Source: Clostridiaceae bacterium (lineage in GTDB: Bacteria > Bacillota > Clostridia > Christensenellales > CAG-917). From it: a stretch of DNA of 64,000 nt. Shown here piece after piece: positions 20,361 through 28,081 of the stretch. The notes beneath the pieces are model-generated. The model did not search any database, was not told the origin of the DNA, and saw nothing but the letters and a program-made list of their open reading frames with translations. The stretch covers positions 72,751 through 136,750 of the forward strand of contig JAITPR010000016.1 of the NCBI GenBank assembly GCA_031289315.1, written 5' to 3'. Each line of letters begins with the position of its first letter. Position 1 is the stretch's first letter. Position numbers and translations under genes: made by a program.

Positions 20361-20406
20361 AAAAGCGCGGAATGAAAGTAAATTTTTACTGCATTCCGCG
20401 TTTTGT
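20361..20406 (+). terminator. Intrinsic terminator after rplQ
   Basis: GCGCGGAATG...CATTCCGCG stem followed by TTTTG. Confidence 0.75.
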
Positions 20407-20479
20407 CGTTCATTGACTTCAAACACAAAGGGTGAGAAATCCACCCTCACTCTCAAAGAAAAAAATGGATATGTAGAAG

Positions 20480-20558
20480 CTATTTGTCTAACAGCCAGTC
20501 AAGTACGTTTACCTTGCGTATACCGCCGAAGTCTGTTTCGGGGGTTTCGTCAAGAGTA
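20480..20558 (-). pseudogene. Relic 3' end (last ~25 codons plus stop) of a paralogue of the DUF4143 ATPase gene
   Basis: About 88% identical to 22875-22955. The rest of the CDS is missing and the fragment is joined directly to a copy of the ATPase upstream region. Confidence 0.8.
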
Positions 20559-20562
20559 AATA

Positions 20563-20591
20563 AGTATATATCAGAAGCAAGGACAAGTCAA
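20563..20591 (-). promoter_or_regulatory. Orphan promoter TTGACT-17-TATACT retained in the ATPase relic locus
   Basis: The reverse complement reads TTGACT tgtccttgcttctgata TATACT. Same hexamers and spacing as the promoter at 24180-24208. Confidence 0.55.
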
Positions 20592-20599
20592 ATAAGAAC

Positions 20600-20698
20600 G
20601 GGAACATAATCCACAAATCCTATGAAATAAAGAAGTTTATGGAACGTAATCCACAAACTTTTGAAAACGCTTGAGTTTGTGGAATGCAACCCATAAGG
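20600..20698 (-). repeat. Three iteron-like ~20-bp direct repeats at a 40-bp period (relic copy)
   Basis: GGGAACATAATCCACAAAT at 20600, TGGAACGTAATCCACAAACT at 20640, TGGAATGCAACCCATAAG at 20680. Confidence 0.75.
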
Positions 20699-20810
20699 TA
20701 TAATACATTTAGAAGTGCCGAAAAAGGGTTATAGTCGATAGCGGCGAGCGGAAAATTTTCGGGTAGAATTAGATTTTTTTATGCCGTAAAAAAAATTGTG
20801 TTTGCCTATT

Positions 20811-20840
20811 GACAAATGCGTTTTAGTAGTGTTATACTGT
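20811..20840 (+). promoter_or_regulatory. Strong sigma-A-type promoter TTGACA-18-TATACT
   Basis: TTGACA 20811-20816, TATACT 20835-20840. Confidence 0.6.
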
Positions 20841-20846
20841 TCCATG

Positions 20847-21099
20847 ATATGTTGATACGTATTCTGTAAACGAAAGTTGACGGAATTCTTGCGGCAGAGT
20901 AACAATGGAAAAAGGCTTCGGGGCGGCTTGCCGTCAATCGAAACCGACAGAAAAACTGAACCAACCAAACGGACGAGGGATAAAAGATGCGTAAATACGC
21001 GGCTTTATACACAAAATGCATGGGGGGGGGGTATTTTTGATTATCAAATAACCCTCTTAAACTCACAAAAAAACGGCGGAATGCGTGCCGGTTTTTTTT
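20847..21099 (+). ncRNA. Candidate ~250-nt non-coding transcript or leader between the promoter and a terminator-like hairpin (class unknown)
   Basis: No ORF with an SD. Internal stem TTGACGG(20879)/CCGTCAA(20933). G10 tract. Ends in a weak stem plus T9 at 21067-21099. Confidence 0.3.
21022..21031 (+). repeat. Homopolymeric G10 tract
   Basis: Ten consecutive G, counted directly, ~185 bp upstream of the LRR gene start. Confidence 0.95.
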
Positions 21100-21156
21100 C
21101 TGCATTTATCTGCGACGGTCTCAATCAAAGCCATAAAACTAAATAACTGACACCCT

Positions 21157-21185
21157 AAAACGACTTTTTATCAGTCGTTTTTTTG
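21157..21185 (+). terminator. Intrinsic terminator-like hairpin directly upstream of the LRR gene
   Basis: AAAACGACT ttttatc AGTCGTTTTTTT. Confidence 0.6.
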
Positions 21186-21214
21186 CATTTTAGAGCCATA
21201 TAGGAGGTATAAAT

Positions 21215-22594
21215 ATGGATATCGATTTTACAGTCGAAAACGGAGAAATAACAATAACGACTGATGGATTAACCGGAACCTTGGCAGAGGTTAACACTGC
21301 AATAGCGAATATTAACTCCAAACAGACGGATTTACTGTGTGTGTCCGCAGATTTCGATTTTGAAGCCATAGGCGGAGAAATAACGATAACTGCTTACAAG
21401 GGCTCCGCAAGCGTCGTGACAATTCCGGCTGAAATAGCAGGTATACCCGTGTGCTATGTAGGAGAATCCATATTTGATAATTCTAACAATATAAGACAGA
21501 TCAACTTACCCAACGAAACTTGTGCCAAAGATTTTGACATAGAGAAATTTTTTTTAAACCTTGATTTTCAGGGGATAAACATATTAAATAGAAAATATGC
21601 ATATAGAGAGAGTGACATGCTGTTATCTGACTATGGCGAAACGCTTCTCTATTATAAAAACAGTGGTACAACTCTTACAATCCCCGTGGGTATTAAGACG
21701 ATAACGACAGAAACATTTTCAGATCAGAGCATTGTTGAAACTGTGCGCATACCCGCTAGTTTGGAATATATAGATGAAGAGCAGCTATCTTACTTCTCTA
21801 TAGAGTCAGAGCCGCTACAATTTTTTTCAGAGGGCGATAAATTAATTAAAATAGAAGTGGACGCTGCCAACACCAAATATAAAGATATAGACGGAGTGTT
21901 GTTTAGTAAAGACGGCAAAGTACTTATAAAATATCCTTGCTGCAAAATAGGAACCCATTATAATATCCCCGATGAAGTGGAGATTATATGCCCCTGTGCA
22001 TTTTTTGGGTGCCGTTTTTTAAATAGCATATATTTCGCTAATGTACAATTAATAAAAAGAAATTATCGCTATTATGACAGAATTAATCAAGACGACTCCT
22101 ACTTTAATAGAGAAATATTTTTTGAACTATGTTTTTCAGATTGTGAGGCATTAACAACCATAACAGTAAATTTCACAAATGCTGAGTATAAGGATATTGA
22201 CGGAGTACTATGCACGGCTACAGGAGAACTTCTCAAATATCCTGAAGCTAGAGTATGCGTAAATTATGTTATACCGGACGGTGTGAAGTATGTAAACTCG
22301 GGGGCTTTCAGGAATGCTAGGTTATTGAACGGCGTGATGATATCTCAGAATGTTACATATCGAAGAGCTCTTTTATATTTTTTGCAAAAAGATAATAAAA
22401 AAGCATTTTATTGTGGTACGACAACGCAATGGAACACTTACAAATCGGAAAACTGGAAGCAGGGTACTGAGAATGAGTTCGGCCATGACGGCAATGTAAT
22501 CAGTGAGAGATTATTATTCTGTTTCTCCGACACTCAACCGACTGAAGAGGGCAAATATTGGCATTATGTGAACGGCGTGCCGACGGAGTGGTAA
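21215..22594 (+). CDS. Leucine-rich-repeat protein, BspA-like (LRR_5 type); no signal peptide seen
   Basis: Repeated I/V-P..V..I...AF..C..L..I units (e.g. YNIPDEVEIICPCAFFGCRFLNSIYF). AGGAGG SD. Low GC. Confidence 0.8.
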   Translation: MDIDFTVENGEITITTDGLTGTLAEVNTAIANINSKQTDLLCVSADFDFEAIGGEITITAYKGSASVVTIPAEIAGIPVCYVGESIFDNSNNIRQINLPNETCAKDFDIEKFFLNLDFQGINILNRKYAYRESDMLLSDYGETLLYYKNSGTTLTIPVGIKTITTETFSDQSIVETVRIPASLEYIDEEQLSYFSIESEPLQFFSEGDKLIKIEVDAANTKYKDIDGVLFSKDGKVLIKYPCCKIGTHYNIPDEVEIICPCAFFGCRFLNSIYFANVQLIKRNYRYYDRINQDDSYFNREIFFELCFSDCEALTTITVNFTNAEYKDIDGVLCTATGELLKYPEARVCVNYVIPDGVKYVNSGAFRNARLLNGVMISQNVTYRRALLYFLQKDNKKAFYCGTTTQWNTYKSENWKQGTENEFGHDGNVISERLLFCFSDTQPTEEGKYWHYVNGVPTEW

Positions 22595-22713
22595 ATCTCG
22601 CGGTCTGCTTATGCTGACAATGCCGTGGTAGTTCGCGGTGAAGCATGATAATCTTGAACCGCGTCCGCTTGAAAGAAACAAATAGGTTCAAAGACACGAA
22701 AGGGTTACATTGT

Positions 22714-22874
22714 CACTAATAGAATTAAAAAACGCGGTTGATGGGCAAGGAACTTGCGTCAACCGCGTTTTTAAAGTAATCAGTGTCAAGCTTCAAGCTT
22801 GCGCGTTTTTGGGATTCTTTCTTGCCGGCAAGAAAGAACGGAAACTCACACTTGTGGTTTGTGCGGCGTGACGC
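22714..22874. repeat. Mosaic multi-hairpin repeat, copy C (inverted relative to A/B; includes terminator hairpin 22727-22775)
   Basis: Modules H2, H3 (CAAGCTTcAAGCTTG) and H1 (ATTCTTTCTTGccggCAAGAAAGAAC). The first ~95 bp are nearly identical to 24407-24502. Confidence 0.85.
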
Positions 22875-24074
22875 TTATTTATCTAACAGCCAATCAAGTA
22901 CGTTTAGCTTGCGTATGCCGCCGAAGTTTGTTTCGGGGGTATCGTCGAGGGTAAGGAGCAGTTTAGGGTAGTGGTCTGTTATTGCTTTGAGGGAAGCGAG
23001 TTCACGTTCAAGCGTGGCTTGGTTGCGGACTGTCGCCGCCACTTGAAAATAGGCTGTACCTTGTGAGGTAACGGCGACGAAATCGACTTCTTTTGAATCG
23101 ACCTTACCTACGTAAACGTCATAGCCCCTACGGAGGAGTTCTAAGTAAACGATATTTTCGAGGATACGCCCCTCATCGTAGTTTTGCCGTCCTAACAGCG
23201 TAAAACGAAGCCCTATATCGGTGGCGTAATATTTTTCCAGAGTTTTTAAATATTGTTTGCCTTTTATATCGTAGCGTTTTGCTTGATAGATAATAAAGCT
23301 GTTTGTAAAGGCGGAAAGGTATTTTTCAACGGTTTTTACGTCGATTTTTCTTCCGTTTGAAGTCATGGTATCCGCGATACTTTTAGTGGAAAGTAGGTTT
23401 GCAATGTTATCATATAGAAAGCGGAGGACGCTTTCAAGTTGCATTAAATCGTTGAATTTATTGTGTTGCATTATATCTTTCAAAACAACGGTAGAATAAA
23501 TCCCACGCAAATAGTCGTCCGTATTTTTTTTGTCGCCGGCAAGTTCCGTGACGTAAGGAAAAGAACTTCTTTCGATATATTCGCGGTATTTGCTGGAAAC
23601 GGACTTATTATCTTTGGTTGCAGTCGAATATTCGGCAAATGAGAGCGGGAGCATTTCTATTGTGATGTAGCGTCCGGAAAGGAGGGTGGCAAGCTCGCCG
23701 GACAAGAAAAAGGCATTTGAACCGGTGATATAAATGTCCAGTTCTTTTCGCAAAAACAGGCTATCCACTACTTGTTCAAAGTCCGCAACATTCTGAATTT
23801 CATCGAAAAACACGTAGCTTTTTTTGCCGGGTTGAATCAGCGAAATAACATATTCGTGCAATACGTGCTTGTCGCGGAGGTGAGTGTTAGACATGTTCTC
23901 GAAGTCTACGGCGATTATTTGCGCCGAATCTACGCCGCAACTTTCCGTGAGATATTCTTTAAAAAGTTCTAAGAGGGAGGATTTGCCGCAACGGCGTATC
24001 CCCGTAATTACTTTTATGACATGCTTATCCTTCCACGCGATAAGCCGATCTAAATATTCTTTACGTTGAATCAT
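22875..24074 (-). CDS. AAA+ ATPase with a C-terminal DUF4143 (PD-(D/E)XK-like) domain, COG1373 type
   Basis: Walker A GIRRCGKSSLL. MIQRKEYL start at 24074 with GGAGG SD; the longer ORF-track start at 24131 runs into the repeat and was rejected. Confidence 0.85.
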   Translation of the reverse strand: MIQRKEYLDRLIAWKDKHVIKVITGIRRCGKSSLLELFKEYLTESCGVDSAQIIAVDFENMSNTHLRDKHVLHEYVISLIQPGKKSYVFFDEIQNVADFEQVVDSLFLRKELDIYITGSNAFFLSGELATLLSGRYITIEMLPLSFAEYSTATKDNKSVSSKYREYIERSSFPYVTELAGDKKNTDDYLRGIYSTVVLKDIMQHNKFNDLMQLESVLRFLYDNIANLLSTKSIADTMTSNGRKIDVKTVEKYLSAFTNSFIIYQAKRYDIKGKQYLKTLEKYYATDIGLRFTLLGRQNYDEGRILENIVYLELLRRGYDVYVGKVDSKEVDFVAVTSQGTAYFQVAATVRNQATLERELASLKAITDHYPKLLLTLDDTPETNFGGIRKLNVLDWLLDK

Positions 24075-24094
24075 AAAAGTACCTCCGTGATTAC

Positions 24095-24165
24095 GGATGT
24101 GGACAATCCGCTGTGACGATTTGCTAGGCAAGAAAATATTTTGTCACTGCGAACTGTTTCCACCC
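24095..24165. repeat. GTGGACA-palindrome repeat, full copy in the 5' UTR of the ATPase gene
   Basis: GTGGACAATCCGCTGTGACGA..AAGAAAATATTTTGTCACTGCGAACTGTTTCCACCC. The arms pair. Its end lies 20 nt from the ATG. Confidence 0.9.
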
Positions 24166-24179
24166 ATGATTACCGTTTG

Positions 24180-24208
24180 AGTATACATCGGAAATAAGTA
24201 TAAGTCAA
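24180..24208 (-). promoter_or_regulatory. ATPase promoter TTGACT-17-TATACT
   Basis: The reverse complement reads TTGACT tatacttatttccgatg TATACT. It lies between the iterons and the palindrome repeat. Confidence 0.6.
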
Positions 24209-24216
24209 ATAAAAAT

Positions 24217-24316
24217 GGGAACGCAATCCAAAAACTCTGTAAAATAAGATAGTTTTTGGAACGCAATCCAAAAACTTTCGAAATCAACGAAGTTTTGGGA
24301 ATGTAATCCAAAAACT
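24217..24316 (-). repeat. Three iteron-like 20-bp direct repeats at an exact 40-bp period, two with internal 10-bp inverted repeats
   Basis: GGGAACGCAATCCAAAAACT at 24217, TGGAACGCAATCCAAAAACT at 24257, GGGAATGTAATCCAAAAACT at 24297. AGTTTTTGGA-n6-TCCAAAAACT at 24251-24276. Confidence 0.85.
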
Positions 24317-24406
24317 TTTAAAATGATTTTAAGAAAGTTTTTTCGTTTCGGACAAGAAAAAGGGAAGTATAGGAGTAACTAAAAAGTCACCGGGTTGATG
24401 TTTGGT

Positions 24407-24622
24407 ACTAATCAATTAAAAAACGCGGTTGATGGGCAAGGAACTTGCGGCAACCGCGTTTTTAAAGTAATCAGTGTCAAGCTTCAAGCTTGCGTGTTTT
24501 TGGTTCTTTTGCCGCATAGCAAAAGAACAAGGGCGTTCTTTTGCCGCGTAGCGAAAGAACAGAGGCTCAAGCTTTAAGCTTGCAGTTTTTCAGTTCCTTT
24601 TGGGCGTCAGAAGGAACGAGAG
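24407..24622. repeat. Mosaic multi-hairpin repeat, copy D (H2 terminator 24417-24465, H3, three H1-type hairpins)
   Basis: Direct repeat of copy C across the ATPase locus. H1 hairpins at 24497-24524, 24529-24557 and 24589-24616. Confidence 0.85.
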
Positions 24623-24623
24623 C

Positions 24624-25826
24624 TTACTTCAAGCCGTAGAAATTTTTCAGGGCTTTGGCGGCGCTATTAAGAGATGAGGCTTTGACGCAGAGAGAGATTT
24701 TCGTTTCGCTGGTGGTGATGGCGTGGACGGTTACGGAGGCGGTGCTTAGGATATTGAGCACTTCCATAGCCACACCGCTACGGTGGGGCATTCCGGCGCC
24801 TTCAATGGTTAGTTTGGCGGCGTTCTTGACGGTGGAATAATCAATGTTAAGCGACTTAACCGCCGTTTCGGCGTGCTTGCAATCGGAGCTGTGGAGGGTG
24901 AAACTGGTGTTTATGCCGGTTGTCGCAGGAGTTTGACTTATCATGTCGAGTATGACGCCGCGTTCGGCAAGCTTGAGGAGGAGCGACGAGAAGCGTTCCG
25001 GAGTTATGGCGTAGGCGGTGAACAGGCATTGTTCGGCTTCGGCGGAGATATTTGTAACGGAGTAGAAGCGGGCGAGTATGGAATTCATATCGTAAAGCCC
25101 GCTTTTTTTATCGGCAAGAAAGGACGCCGCACGGAGCGCGCCGTATACGAACACGTCTTTTGAGTTCGCCTCATGGGAGAGTGTGACGGTTTCGCCTTGC
25201 CCGATAAACATTATATCGTGCTTGCCGATTATACTTCCGCCGCGCACCGCGTGGATGCCTAACTCGCGTTTTTCGCGTCGATGGTCGGGGTCGTGTCTGC
25301 CGTAGACGGGTTCAAGGCGGTTCAGAAGCGCTTCATTGACGGCTTTGGCGATGGAAACCGCCGTGCCGCTGGGCGCGTCCAATTTGCGGTTGTGGTGTTG
25401 CTCGATGATTTCCACGTCATAGTCTTCGCCTAAGAACTTCGCCGCGTCTTTGGCAAGACCGGTTATCAGGTTCACGCCTAAGGACATGTTGCTAGACTTG
25501 AACACCGCTATGGTTTTGGCGGCGTCGCGCAGCTCGACGTCTTGAGCGGGAGAAAGCCCGGTCGTTGCGATGACGGCGTTTATGCGATTTTTGACGGCGT
25601 AGTCGATTATGCCGTCGAACGCGGCGTGGTTGGAAAAATCAATTATCACGTCGGCGGGAGCGGTTATGTCGGAGATATTCTTAAATACGGGAACATCAAA
25701 ATCCCGTTCGGTGTTTTCGGCGTATAGATCCACGCCGGCTACGATGTTGAAGTTGTCGCTTTTGTAGGTGGCGGCATATACCGCGCGTCCTAAGCGACCG
25801 CCTATACCGGTAATTATAATGTTCAT
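24624..25826 (-). CDS. dapB: 4-hydroxy-tetrahydrodipicolinate reductase fused to a C-terminal tandem ACT (aspartokinase beta-subunit-like) domain
   Basis: DapB motifs GIGGRLGR and EQHHNRKLDAPSGTA. About 148 extra residues carry GAGM..RSGVAMEVL..L......V.AITTSETKISL. Confidence 0.85.
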   Translation of the reverse strand: MNIIITGIGGRLGRAVYAATYKSDNFNIVAGVDLYAENTERDFDVPVFKNISDITAPADVIIDFSNHAAFDGIIDYAVKNRINAVIATTGLSPAQDVELRDAAKTIAVFKSSNMSLGVNLITGLAKDAAKFLGEDYDVEIIEQHHNRKLDAPSGTAVSIAKAVNEALLNRLEPVYGRHDPDHRREKRELGIHAVRGGSIIGKHDIMFIGQGETVTLSHEANSKDVFVYGALRAASFLADKKSGLYDMNSILARFYSVTNISAEAEQCLFTAYAITPERFSSLLLKLAERGVILDMISQTPATTGINTSFTLHSSDCKHAETAVKSLNIDYSTVKNAAKLTIEGAGMPHRSGVAMEVLNILSTASVTVHAITTSETKISLCVKASSLNSAAKALKNFYGLK

Positions 25827-25872
25827 AGTACCCCGTGCGTATTTTTTCCGTCTAACGGTTTAAAAGAGTTGT

Positions 25873-25901
25873 AGTATACAAAAACGGCGTTTAGTTCTCA
25901 A
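25873..25901 (-). promoter_or_regulatory. Possible dapB promoter TTGAGA-17-TATACT overlapping the dapA terminator
   Basis: The reverse complement reads TTGAGA actaaacgccgtttttg TATACT. Confidence 0.4.
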
Positions 25902-25925
25902 GTTTTTGAGTGTAAACGCCGTTTT
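25880..25925 (-). terminator. Intrinsic terminator 6 nt after the dapA stop
   Basis: AAAACGGCGTTTA...TAAACGCCGTTTTT: 13-bp stem plus T-run (read on the minus strand). Confidence 0.7.
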
Positions 25926-25930
25926 AGATT

Positions 25931-26806
25931 TTAAAATTGTTTTAAAAGCTCGGCTAATACGGCGGTATTTTCCGAAGACAGTTCGGTTAAGGGCAGGCGT
26001 ACAAGACCATTCGTCAAGCCCATAATTTCGGAAGCTTTCTTAACGGGTATCGGGTTTACCTCGGCGAATAACGCCTTTATAAGCGGCAATACCTTTAACT
26101 GCATGTCACGCGCCTTTGCCGTATCGCCTTGGAGCCACGCCGCGGTTAGGTCGTGCATGTAGCGGGGAATGACGTTCGAAGCGACGCTTATAACGCCTTG
26201 TCCGCCCACGGACATAATCGGAACAATTATTCCGTCGTCGCCGGAGTACACGTCGGCAAGCCCTTCACAGAGGCGTGCGGTTTCAGAAATCTGTTCCATG
26301 TTACCGGACGCTTCCTTAATTGCTACAATGTTCTTGTGTTCGGCAAGCTTGCGGAAGGTGGCGGGAAGTAGGTTCACGTTCGTGCGTCCCGGCACATTGT
26401 AGGCTATGATAGGTATGTTGATTGCGTCCGCCACCGCGTTGAAGTGCGCCACTAAACCGCCCTGCGTACACTTGTTGTAGTAGGGTGTGACGATAAGCAC
26501 CGCGTCCGCGCCCCACGCCTCGGCGTTTATTGCGGCTTTCACTGTAGCGTCCGTGGAGTTGCTGCCCGCGCCGGCTATGACGGGGACGCGCTTCTTCACT
26601 TTTTTGATGACGAATTTAATTACGGCTTCCTTTTCCTCCGCCGACATGGTGGCGGGTTCGCCGGTGGTACCGCACACTATAAGCGCGTCGACACCCTCGG
26701 AGAGCTGAAAGCGTATAAGCTTTTCAAGTGCGGGAAAATCCACACCGTCCGTCGCAAACGGAGTTATTAAAGCGGTTCCGCAACCCTTGAATATGGTATT
26801 CTTCAT
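25931..26806 (-). CDS. dapA: 4-hydroxy-tetrahydrodipicolinate synthase
   Basis: GTALITPF...GVDALIVCGTTGE...AIKEASG (active-site Lys context). Confidence 0.95.
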   Translation of the reverse strand: MKNTIFKGCGTALITPFATDGVDFPALEKLIRFQLSEGVDALIVCGTTGEPATMSAEEKEAVIKFVIKKVKKRVPVIAGAGSNSTDATVKAAINAEAWGADAVLIVTPYYNKCTQGGLVAHFNAVADAINIPIIAYNVPGRTNVNLLPATFRKLAEHKNIVAIKEASGNMEQISETARLCEGLADVYSGDDGIIVPIMSVGGQGVISVASNVIPRYMHDLTAAWLQGDTAKARDMQLKVLPLIKALFAEVNPIPVKKASEIMGLTNGLVRLPLTELSSENTAVLAELLKQF

Positions 26807-26957
26807 AATAAAATCCCCCTTATATTATTGCCGCATTACGGCGGCGCCGAATTTTTTTGCTTCCTTTTTTCGCAGAGGTTAGCGCAAAAATAAAATATTT
26901 TGCGTCACTATACCGGTTGACAAGCTTTTTCTTACGTTGAACGGAAAGCCTCACAAA

Positions 26958-27035
26958 TTTTTACTTGCGCAGAGTTTACCCGTGAGCGAAGCCAATTTTA
27001 CTTGCGCTTAATCTTGCCCGTGAGCATGATTTCGG
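26958..27035 (-). repeat. Tandem duplication (37-bp period) of the asd 3' end including the stop codon
   Basis: TTACTTGCGC...CCCGTGAGC occurs at 26961-26988 and again at 26998-27026 (the latter is the real gene end). Confidence 0.8.
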
Positions 27036-28005
27036 CGATTTGGATGGCGTTTGAAGCCGCCCCCTTACGTATGTTATCCGCCACGCACCAAAGGTTGCAA
27101 CCGCTTTTCACGGTGGGATCCAAACGCACTCTGCCCACGTACACCTCGTCATGGTCCACGGCGTTTATAACCATGGGGTAGACGAGATTTTTAACGTCGT
27201 CCGCAAGTACGATACCGGGAGCGTTTTTCAAGGCTTCTTTTATGCCCTCAAGCGTCGCGGGCTTTTCGAATTCGATGTTAATCGACTCGCTGTGTCCGTG
27301 GAAAACCGGCACGCGTACGGTGGTAGCCGTAACTTTTAAATCGGGTGCGTGCAAGATTTTACGCGTTTCATCAATCATTTTATGCTCTTCTTTGGTGTAT
27401 CCGTCCTCAAGAAAGACATCGATGTGCGGAAGAATGTTGTTGAATATGGGGTATGGGAACTTCTTAGGCGCTATGCCTTCGATACCGTTCTTCAAATCCT
27501 CATAGCCGGCAACGCCCGCGCCGGAAACCGCCTGATAGGTGCTGTACACGACGCGCTTTATGATGTACTTATCGTGCAACGGCTTCAACGCGACTACCGC
27601 TTGAATGGTGGAGCAGTTGGGATTGGCGATTATGCCCTTGTTCCACGCGATGTCTTCGGGGTTGACCTCCGGCACAACGAGGGGCACTTTTTCGTCCATA
27701 CGCCACTGGCTGCTGTTGTCTATGACGACCGCGCCGATTCCGGCGAAAATCGGCGCGAATTCCTTAGAAACGCCGCCGCCTGCGGAAAACAGCGCGATGT
27801 CGATTTTCTTATCGACGATATTCTCGCGCTTAAGCTCTATAACCGTGAGGTCTTTGCCCAACAGATTTATGGTTTTGCCCGCGCTTTTCGCGGAAGCGTA
27901 GAGATAATAATTCTCCACGGGGAGGTTTTTTTCGGTAAGAACCTCTAAAAACTTGTTTCCGACCATTCCCGTTGCGCCGACCACGGCTATGTTAATCTTT
28001 TTCAT
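26998..28005 (-). CDS. asd: Aspartate-semialdehyde dehydrogenase
   Basis: MKKINIAVVGATGMVG start with GGAGG SD; active-site NPNCSTI. The longer ORF-track start at 28110 overlaps the promoter and was rejected. Confidence 0.95.
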   Translation of the reverse strand: MKKINIAVVGATGMVGNKFLEVLTEKNLPVENYYLYASAKSAGKTINLLGKDLTVIELKRENIVDKKIDIALFSAGGGVSKEFAPIFAGIGAVVIDNSSQWRMDEKVPLVVPEVNPEDIAWNKGIIANPNCSTIQAVVALKPLHDKYIIKRVVYSTYQAVSGAGVAGYEDLKNGIEGIAPKKFPYPIFNNILPHIDVFLEDGYTKEEHKMIDETRKILHAPDLKVTATTVRVPVFHGHSESINIEFEKPATLEGIKEALKNAPGIVLADDVKNLVYPMVINAVDHDEVYVGRVRLDPTVKSGCNLWCVADNIRKGAASNAIQIAEIMLTGKIKRK

Positions 28006-28081
28006 TTTCGTGCCTCCGACCGCCTTGTGCGACTGCTTTGCATAAGACGGTTTTGATACTATAATTATATTATGTTGTAAA

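Noticed and set aside
20877-21146. 89-aa plus ORF and 99-aa minus ORF in the region upstream of the LRR gene
   Set aside because: They use a non-ATG start or lack an SD, they cross the G10 tract and a terminator, and their composition is not protein-like.
22632-22676. Possible additional decayed palindrome-repeat copy (GGTAGTTCGCGGTGA...ACCGCGTCCGC)
   Set aside because: Only ~10 nt of one arm match convincingly, which is too weak to count as a family member.
28006-28081. L-box (lysine riboswitch) upstream of asd-dapA
   Set aside because: The leader between the TAGAAT -10 and the ATG is only ~75 nt and lacks the multi-helix L-box core.
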